Shown here: positions 57,385-64,000 of the stretch, in pieces
Layout: each line of letters opens with the position of its first letter
Numbering within the stretch: position 1 is the first letter of the stretch
Origin: a virus
Taxonomy: Duplodnaviria > Caudoviricetes
Length of the DNA stretch: 64,000 bases
IMG/VR virus record: IMGVR_UViG_3300021254_000020
Span: 96,001 to 160,000 of that record
Reading direction: 5' to 3' (one strand)
Notes under the pieces: model-generated
The model's database searches: none
Seen by the model: only the letters and a program-made list of their open reading frames with translations
What the model was told of the DNA's origin: nothing
Program-made: the position numbers and the translations under genes

Positions 57385-58161
57385 CTACTGGCGCTTTACG
57401 CCACTCTGACCGGCTGATTTTTTGGCTAAAGTACGTGGCAACATACCAGCAACGTTCACCAGGTTAGAATTAAGATGAGCACCTAATAGATATGCAGAGA
57501 TAAGATTACGAGCAATAGAATCTGCATTATCAGTAGGAACATCTTTCTGACTAACCATTCCTGATGCTGATATCTGATTGTAAAACTTTTGTTTTGCGCT
57601 CATTGCATCACCGCGATAAGTAATTAGCTCATGCATTGATTTATCTAGTCCTAATACAGCCATTGATTCTAATTCACGGTCTGAGCTGTTTGAGTTCTTA
57701 TCTACGTCTATTAGCAAACCAGTTCTATAATCTCGTTTACTAATATTAGTACTATATCCGGACTTTTTTTGTGCAAACTGCTTAAGCCTTTTCAATGGTA
57801 GATACACTACTAGGACTGGATTGGTAGATACTGCTTCACCATTCTTATTCTTATATAAGAATGGCATACTTACTCTTTCTATTATAGGTACTCCTAAGAA
57901 CGTTAAGAAGTCAGCGATATCTTCCATTTTAGGGTCTACTTCAAATACTTTAGTTTGGAACTTAAGAGGAAAATCTTGTTTAAAGAACTCTAGAAACTGA
58001 GCATCACTCATAGCTGCAAATTTCTTCTTATAATATTCGGTATTTTGACCAGTCTTGTCTAGTACCTTAAATGCTTTATATATTTTCTCTTCACATTTCT
58101 TTCTAGCTGCTTTAAGAGCAGGACCAGAAAGTGCTGCTTCTTGAACTACTTCTTCACTCAT
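57385..58161 (-). CDS. RNA polymerase beta extreme C-terminal fragment (probably a virion RNAP subunit)
   Basis: PVLVVYLPLKRLKQ..RDYRTG..SDRELESM..HELITYRGD resembles RpoB C-term YMLKL.H..VTQQ..GEMEVWAL..QEMLTVKSD. Confidence 0.75.
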   Translation of the reverse strand: MSEEVVQEAALSGPALKAARKKCEEKIYKAFKVLDKTGQNTEYYKKKFAAMSDAQFLEFFKQDFPLKFQTKVFEVDPKMEDIADFLTFLGVPIIERVSMPFLYKNKNGEAVSTNPVLVVYLPLKRLKQFAQKKSGYSTNISKRDYRTGLLIDVDKNSNSSDRELESMAVLGLDKSMHELITYRGDAMSAKQKFYNQISASGMVSQKDVPTDNADSIARNLISAYLLGAHLNSNLVNVAGMLPRTLAKKSAGQSGVKRQ

Positions 58162-59165
58162 AAGAACCAACCTTTCTTATGCTGATACTTTTTAATTTTT
58201 TCATTAAGCTTAGCAGGATGACTTACTTTATCAGCTTCTTCATTACCTTTTCTCTCCCAATACTCATTTGGCTGATTGCGGAGATGTGCTTTAAACATTC
58301 TAGTTCCTATATTATCTCCTTCTTTAGAATCAAAGCTATCCTTTACATGTTGTTTTAGATTAGCCAATTGCTTCTCCAAATCAGCTTTGGCTTCAGGAGT
58401 CATAGGCGTATCTTTTAGGTCTTGCTCCATTTGTGATATTAGTGCATTTATTCTACTCAGTAAATGAGGATGTACAAAATCACTACCGCTATTCTTACGT
58501 ATTTGATTTAATCCATAAAAGAAGTTTAGGATAGGAATGTCTTTTAGTTTCTTATCAAAACTACTTTCTCTATCCATATTCATTTTAGTAAGAGCAGTAG
58601 CTAATTCAGTACCATAGCCATACATGACGCATAGTTGATCAGCGAACTTCTCATTAGCCCTCTCATCATAAGATCTAGTGACTACATAGAAGAATTGATG
58701 GCCAATTTCATGTAAGAGAACTGCTACTAGTTCTTGTACAGATATATTCGGCATAGCAAAGCAACCATATGTTATTACTACTGTAAATACAACTGGGCAT
58801 TTCTTAGTAATGAATCTAAATCCATTATTAGTTACTTTTACTACACTATCCATATCTTCTTTTCTCAGTATCTTATCCTCTAATGGGAACATATTACCAT
58901 TATCATCTATTACATGAGTAATAGTACGAGCATTGATAAACAGTTCTGGAGATATGGTTAAGATAGATTCCTTAAACCCAAATAGTGAGGTCAATTGTTC
59001 TGCTATCTTTTTGAATATAGGGTCTCTCAATATCTGTTTGTATTTACTCATATTGAGATTGCCTACTGTACTATACTTAGTCTTTACTTCAGTAAAGAGA
59101 TCCTCTATTCTAGTGAGCTGTATTGGTTTCCCGAAATACATCTCATTTAGTGGTATCATATCCAT
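58158..59165 (-). CDS. Zincin (HExxH) metallopeptidase, M48-like; LNE leader suggests virion localisation
   Basis: ELVAVLLHEIGH, EKFADQ, YGTELATALTKM, HPHLLSRI; AGGAGG SD before 59165. Confidence 0.8.
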   Translation of the reverse strand: MDMIPLNEMYFGKPIQLTRIEDLFTEVKTKYSTVGNLNMSKYKQILRDPIFKKIAEQLTSLFGFKESILTISPELFINARTITHVIDDNGNMFPLEDKILRKEDMDSVVKVTNNGFRFITKKCPVVFTVVITYGCFAMPNISVQELVAVLLHEIGHQFFYVVTRSYDERANEKFADQLCVMYGYGTELATALTKMNMDRESSFDKKLKDIPILNFFYGLNQIRKNSGSDFVHPHLLSRINALISQMEQDLKDTPMTPEAKADLEKQLANLKQHVKDSFDSKEGDNIGTRMFKAHLRNQPNEYWERKGNEEADKVSHPAKLNEKIKKYQHKKGWFL

Positions 59166-59181
59166 AGTGTAATATCCTCCT

Positions 59182-60390
59182 TTATGCATTCGGATTTGCA
59201 CGTATTACGTTAATAGCCATATACATATTAAAGGCATATAAATAACTCTGTTTAGTAGCTACCCTATGCTTTCTTTTTCTAAACCCTACAGAGTAATCAT
59301 CTAATAGATCCTCTATAATCCCTTTCATTCTGTTAATCATAGGATCTTTAGAATTGGGTTTAGGCTTAGTAACGTACTTAATGAATTTAGTACTATTAAT
59401 AGTTTTGATCTCTTCGTTCACTAAGAAGGAAGATATAACCAGTTCTAAGTATTCTCGTATCTTAGGCATATTATTGCTATCTTCAAAGATAGATTCCATA
59501 ATTCCTCTAATCTCATCAGGTTTGATATTACTATCAGCACATGCTTTGCAAAGTGTATAATCTACATGAGAAGTGGTTAATCTAGTCATTGTATTCTCAA
59601 TGCACTGTTGCATCTTGAACGAGTCATTAGTAGTTAGGTGATAGTCTCCTCCACCACTTTCACTGTCAGTGATATTATCAGAGTCGTAAGATATATAACT
59701 CTTCTGCTCATATGCTTCATAGTACAGAGATGCAATGTTTTTCATAAACGATTTAATTCGATTATGCAACTGCTGTATTACGTATACTATATCTTCGTCA
59801 TCAAAGTCAGTAATCTGTTTCTTATAAGCAGTGATCCATGTATTATTAATGCTCTTAACTGCACCTATTACACTACCTTTAGATTTTATATCAAACTTAT
59901 TAGATAGCTTATGATTAATTACATATTCCATTATATGACGATACTTAGATGGTGCTACTGTTTTGAAGAAACCATAATGGATAGAAGGATAATACTTACC
60001 AGAAAAGGATTGGTATATCATAGCCAAGTCTAGTTCCTTCTCTTTCTTCTTTAGGAAGAAATATCGTACTATACATAATACCACTATAGTAGTAGGATCC
60101 TTTGCTTGACTAGGATTAAATGCACTAATACCATAATAGTATGCTCCTTTAAGAGCATTCCTAACCTCATTTTGGCTTATATTAAGAGCAGAAAATAAAT
60201 CATCACGATCGTTATCTGTATAATAGATTCTATCACATGGTGCTATATCAAATAAGCTACTAGATCTCTTCTCAATGAATCTACTAATCATACCTCTCCA
60301 TTGATTTAATCTAGTAGAGAGAGCGCTCTCTACTAGAGGATATATTTTATCTAAAGTAGCTTCAGTGCCAAAGTTACTACGTTTAGGCAT
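59182..60390 (-). CDS. Hypothetical helical protein (start MPKRSN), co-transcribed with the vRNAP fragment
   Basis: GGGAGG SD before 60390; late motif 60415-60426. Confidence 0.7.
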   Translation of the reverse strand: MPKRSNFGTEATLDKIYPLVESALSTRLNQWRGMISRFIEKRSSSLFDIAPCDRIYYTDNDRDDLFSALNISQNEVRNALKGAYYYGISAFNPSQAKDPTTIVVLCIVRYFFLKKKEKELDLAMIYQSFSGKYYPSIHYGFFKTVAPSKYRHIMEYVINHKLSNKFDIKSKGSVIGAVKSINNTWITAYKKQITDFDDEDIVYVIQQLHNRIKSFMKNIASLYYEAYEQKSYISYDSDNITDSESGGGDYHLTTNDSFKMQQCIENTMTRLTTSHVDYTLCKACADSNIKPDEIRGIMESIFEDSNNMPKIREYLELVISSFLVNEEIKTINSTKFIKYVTKPKPNSKDPMINRMKGIIEDLLDDYSVGFRKRKHRVATKQSYLYAFNMYMAINVIRANPNA

Positions 60391-60414
60391 CTCATTACCT
60401 CCCTTATAAAATCT

Positions 60415-60426
60415 TACGCTTATGTC
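60415..60426 (-). promoter_or_regulatory. Late-type promoter GACA-N6-TA
   Basis: Minus strand GACATAAGCGTA. Confidence 0.55.
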
Positions 60427-60465
60427 ACGCAAGATAAAAAAGGAAGGCTAGATGCCTTCCTTTTC

Positions 60466-60654
60466 TCAGAGGTTATACAGTCTCAATTTAGTCTCAATAG
60501 AATCCAAATCCTTCTCTGACTTAGCTTTTGTAGCTTTCTTAGATAAGGACTTGAGGATTCCTATTCTTTGTTTCAATATCTGTGATTGGAAATCCATAGC
60601 GTTAATCATACGATTTCTACGTTCAATAAACTCTTCTTGCTCTATATCTGTCAT
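60466..60654 (-). CDS. Small coiled-coil protein, possible paralog of 60977-61201
   Basis: RIGILKSL..KAKSEKDL vs RIKMMKEL..SAKNLDEI. Confidence 0.6.
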   Translation of the reverse strand: MTDIEQEEFIERRNRMINAMDFQSQILKQRIGILKSLSKKATKAKSEKDLDSIETKLRLYNL

Positions 60655-60666
60655 AGTTCCTCCTAC

Positions 60667-60972
60667 TTATATTACAGGCCAACTAATATAGAATGATACA
60701 TCTACAATATTAGTACCTTCATCTTCGGTCATTGTCTGGAACCTAGCTCCATAACCAGCCTTCTTCAACTCATTAAGTATATTAGATGCATTATATTTAC
60801 TCATCTTCATCTCTGGGGTAGTTACGCTTATTCCCTTACCTCCTATCTTAGTCACATAAACTAGATAATTTATTAAGCTAATAGCATCAGCTATAGGGAC
60901 TACCTTTAACCCACATTTGATATTAGCAGATTGGAGCATAGGAACTCTAATAATCTTTTCCATTAGACTCAC
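60667..60972 (-). CDS. L...GY...ISW domain protein
   Basis: ILNELKKAGYG...FYISW. Confidence 0.6.
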   Translation of the reverse strand: MSLMEKIIRVPMLQSANIKCGLKVVPIADAISLINYLVYVTKIGGKGISVTTPEMKMSKYNASNILNELKKAGYGARFQTMTEDEGTNIVDVSFYISWPVI

Positions 60973-60976
60973 CTTC

Positions 60977-61201
60977 TTAAAATTTAGTATTTTCTATCTC
61001 TTTGCATTTCTTTGATAGTTCTCTAATCTCGTCTAAATTCTTTGCTGATTTGATTTGAGGTTCCAATTCCTTCATCATTTTAATACGATGCCTATACTTT
61101 ATTAACCCATATTTCACTTCATCTAATAGACACTCTTTAGCATCATTCAGGTTTATAACCTCTCTTTTCAATGGAATCATAGATTTTATTTTATAGCTCA
61201 T
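60977..61201 (-). CDS. Small hypothetical protein
   Basis: AGGAGG SD. Confidence 0.6.
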   Translation of the reverse strand: MSYKIKSMIPLKREVINLNDAKECLLDEVKYGLIKYRHRIKMMKELEPQIKSAKNLDEIRELSKKCKEIENTKF

Positions 61202-61257
61202 TTATCCTCCTGTGATAAAAGATAGAAGGGAATGGAAGATTCCATTCCCATCATACC

Positions 61258-63627
61258 TTAGTATACTATCATGACCTTATTTACGTCAGCAAACATTTTC
61301 TTACCAGTATCAACAGTAGATCCTATCTTGAATCCACTAACTGGGAATTCTTTCTGACTTCTTCCTTCTCTTACTACCAATTTAGCATCAGGAGTACAAG
61401 TCCAGATTGTATGGATAGTATCTCCTTTAGTTAACTTGATAACAGATATACCAGCTCTTCCTCTATTAACTCTACCAATATGGTCTAATGGTAATCTATT
61501 AACATAACCATTCTTGGTTACTACTACCATATCAGTCATCTTAGGTAAGATGAAATTCATACCACTAATAATAGTGGAAGCAGTAGATACTCTATTACCT
61601 TTGGTAGCTCTTCTCAGATAAGGAACTTCTTTTGGATTCAAACGGATAACTTTGTTGGATGTATACAACATGATATCCATTTTGCTTGGTCCAAATAATA
61701 CAGAGTTAACATGATCTCCTTCATCTACTCTTGCATATATAATGCCAGAGGTTGGGGCATTGATCACATCATCTATATCTATCTTCTTAATATAACCTTG
61801 ATTAGTTACTGTGAAGATGAAGTTCTTACTCTTACCCTTAGAAGTATCTGCTAAGTTCTTAAGAGTAGTTTCTCTAGCAGCCCCAATGATATTAGTAGTA
61901 CAATATTTATTCAATACTCGTACATCAGTACCATCACTGCTAGGTTCAGATAACGGTATTTTATGAACTGGTACTTTGAATGCTTTTCCTAGAGCACTGA
62001 AGAGAACAATATCTTCAGCATTATCTGCTACTAAGACTAGATTCACTTTACCCATCTGAGATGGTGGAACCATATCATTCACATTCATTTTCTTAATATA
62101 GTTATTAGTCATAATAACCATTTTAAACATACCAGGAGCTATACCCTTAATCTGATTCGGAGATACTAAGACACATTTCTTGGAATCATTATACTTAGCC
62201 TTGATATCCAGCATCTCTTTAATAATAACCTCGTCAATCTGCTTGGGATCTAACAGAATCTTCATAATCTGTTTAATCTCTTCATTATAGGCTTTCATCC
62301 TTTCCTGACACTGTTTCAGATATCCAGCAGATAATTCAGGCAAGGTTACTCTACTCATGAAACGTGCTTGTACTGGAGACATATTGAATTTCTTCATGAA
62401 GAATTCTATAATCTCCGATTTATCATGTGACTTAGATTTTCTGATTAGCTTAATTAATTGATCAATCTTACCAGACGTCAATAGCATGATATATAATTCA
62501 GTTTCATGAATCTTGGTCTTAAGAGTCTGTAGTTTGGCATTGAGCTTACGGAAGATACTCATTCTTCTAAAGTCAATAAACCCTAACAGATATTCTCTAT
62601 AGCCCATAGTAGCCAAGTTATTATTCTTGATAACGATCAAGTTAACCTGTCTAGTCTGACGTATATTAGTATTAGTATAGAGGAACTCTCTAACGAAGTT
62701 GGGATCAGTACCCTTCTTGAGCACAATAATCTCTTCAAAGTTGTATAGTCTAGGAATCCTCTTATCTACACCAGATCTAGATATTACGTCGACTATAAAT
62801 GGCATTTTACCATTCTTAGCCAGTTCCTTAATACGTTCATCAATCTTATAATAGAAGGTGAAGTCTGGAAGTGATCTTACAATAAGACACGGTTTCCCAT
62901 CATATTCTCCTATATCTATTATACCTTGAGCTACATAAGTACCATAGCCGGTTTCGTTTATCTTATTCCAATCAGTATCCATGATTTCACATGGCATACA
63001 TTCATCAGGAATGAGAGTAAACTTGGCTTTAGGATTACGCATCAGTTTAATGGTAACATCAATTACATCTCCTAGATTATGACTAGGAATAGTAGTTTTG
63101 ATACCAACACCAATACCCATCTGACCTAGGATTAGTAGTACTGGAATTTTAGCAGGTAAGTATACTGGTTCCATGCACTTATTATCATAGTTACTCATCC
63201 AGTCAGTAGCACGTTTATCCTCTTTGATATCATTGATGAAAACATCCATAGCGAATTGGGATATTTTACATTCATTATATCGAGGCTGTGCAGCATATGG
63301 ATCAACCTTAGTACCCCATGAACCACTACCCTCCATGGTAGGATATTTTGTACTAAAGTCATTTATCATATTTCTTATAGCTGAGTTTACACCAGCATCA
63401 CCATGTGGGTTATACTTACGCATAACCTGACCAACTATGTTAGCAGTCTTGATAAACCCTTGGCCACCAAAGTCATTAGCAGCACACCATAGGATCTTTC
63501 TTATTACTGGTTTGCACCCATCTATAAAATCTGGAATAGCTCTGTCTCTAGCTACATAGATAGCATAAGCTTGGCTATCATCTCTTGCTTGGACAGCAAG
63601 ATTAACATCAACTAGTTTCTCTGCCAT
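61258..63627 (-). CDS. gyrA: Type IIA topoisomerase subunit A (GyrA/ParC-like) with C-terminal pinwheel repeats
   Basis: RAIPDFIDGCKPV.R, YNPHGD, catalytic Tyr in AAQPRY, IPSHNL; CTD repeats RRATKG and NRGRAG. Confidence 0.9.
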   Translation of the reverse strand: MAEKLVDVNLAVQARDDSQAYAIYVARDRAIPDFIDGCKPVIRKILWCAANDFGGQGFIKTANIVGQVMRKYNPHGDAGVNSAIRNMINDFSTKYPTMEGSGSWGTKVDPYAAQPRYNECKISQFAMDVFINDIKEDKRATDWMSNYDNKCMEPVYLPAKIPVLLILGQMGIGVGIKTTIPSHNLGDVIDVTIKLMRNPKAKFTLIPDECMPCEIMDTDWNKINETGYGTYVAQGIIDIGEYDGKPCLIVRSLPDFTFYYKIDERIKELAKNGKMPFIVDVISRSGVDKRIPRLYNFEEIIVLKKGTDPNFVREFLYTNTNIRQTRQVNLIVIKNNNLATMGYREYLLGFIDFRRMSIFRKLNAKLQTLKTKIHETELYIMLLTSGKIDQLIKLIRKSKSHDKSEIIEFFMKKFNMSPVQARFMSRVTLPELSAGYLKQCQERMKAYNEEIKQIMKILLDPKQIDEVIIKEMLDIKAKYNDSKKCVLVSPNQIKGIAPGMFKMVIMTNNYIKKMNVNDMVPPSQMGKVNLVLVADNAEDIVLFSALGKAFKVPVHKIPLSEPSSDGTDVRVLNKYCTTNIIGAARETTLKNLADTSKGKSKNFIFTVTNQGYIKKIDIDDVINAPTSGIIYARVDEGDHVNSVLFGPSKMDIMLYTSNKVIRLNPKEVPYLRRATKGNRVSTASTIISGMNFILPKMTDMVVVTKNGYVNRLPLDHIGRVNRGRAGISVIKLTKGDTIHTIWTCTPDAKLVVREGRSQKEFPVSGFKIGSTVDTGKKMFADVNKVMIVY

Positions 63628-63938
63628 TATTCTCCTCCAACGATTTCTTCTACCTGTACTTTATATTGCTGAAAGAGTTCTTCGTCTTTAGCTGCTTTAT
63701 TTAGTCTGCCTAAGAGATATGCTTTTGCTTTTTTAATAAATTCTTCATCCATACGAAAGATGGAAAATTCTAAATAAACGTCTCCAGCAATATCCTTAAC
63801 AATGTGCTCAACACGTTTATCTTCCATCTCTGGTTTAATTCTAGTATATACTTTGTTTCCAAGAATCTCCAAAGAGATCGTATGCTCCATAGAAGAATCC
63901 TCTTTGTTCATAACCAGCTTAGCTACAGGTGTAATCAT
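63627..63938 (-). CDS. Hypothetical protein (start MITPV)
   Basis: GGAGG SD before 63938; stop abuts the gyrA start. Confidence 0.65.
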   Translation of the reverse strand: MITPVAKLVMNKEDSSMEHTISLEILGNKVYTRIKPEMEDKRVEHIVKDIAGDVYLEFSIFRMDEEFIKKAKAYLLGRLNKAAKDEELFQQYKVQVEEIVGGE

Positions 63939-64000
63939 AATATTTAATCCTCCCAAAATGAATAACAAGATATTTGTGCATCTTTATCTTTAAAGATCCC

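Noticed and set aside
40983-63627. Introns or inteins in RNAP, ligase, RecA or GyrA
   Set aside because: ORFs are continuous, of roughly expected size, and show no intein terminal motifs or homing-endonuclease signatures
344-63993. Numerous plus-strand ORFs (e.g. 4233-4814, 16839-17327, 42477-42935, 43735-44340)
   Set aside because: They are antisense shadows of well-supported minus-strand genes, with no SD sites or recognisable motifs
1-64000. Alternative genetic code (stop-codon reassignment)
   Set aside because: Long conserved genes are uninterrupted under code 11, and TAA, TAG and TGA all serve as stops; the UAG-anticodon tRNA reads Leu CUA and is not an amber suppressor

Overview
AT-rich (roughly one-third GC) 64 kb segment of a jumbo bacteriophage with a phiKZ/AR9-type transcription system. 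Essentially all real genes are on the minus strand with strong AGGAGG-type Shine-Dalgarno sites, which suggests a Bacillota host (inference). Recognisable genes: split multisubunit RNA polymerase beta subunits (N-half 40983-42707 and C-half 48076-50511, probably the non-virion enzyme; a separate extreme C-terminal piece 57385-58161, probably the virion enzyme), SbcC/Rad50-like ATPase, NAD-dependent DNA ligase, RecA/UvsX, tubulin/FtsZ-like GTPase, GH73 glucosaminidase, zincin protease, GyrA/ParC-type topoisomerase subunit, NADAR and tRNA-Leu(UAG). Main observations: (1) a 17 kb tandem array (6093-23170) of about 17 paralogous probable virion/ejection proteins built as acidic N-domain + hypervariable middle + Gly/Ala hydrophobic segment + basic amphipathic C-terminal helices, with signs of module shuffling and a duplicated two-gene cassette; (2) an RNA island (25880-26770) containing a ~400-nt helix- and pseudoknot-rich ncRNA candidate with its own promoter and terminator, a tRNA-like element with a 15-nt anticodon loop, and tRNA-Leu; (3) two recurring promoter motifs (ATATA[C/T]TA, early-like; nAC[A]-N6-TA, late-like) that largely partition the genes as expected for vRNAP/nvRNAP transcription; (4) candidate virion-delivered or anti-defence enzymes (Nudix-kinase-kinase protein, tandem cystatin-like protein, degenerate NADAR). 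All assignments are by-eye motif recognition; no searches were run.
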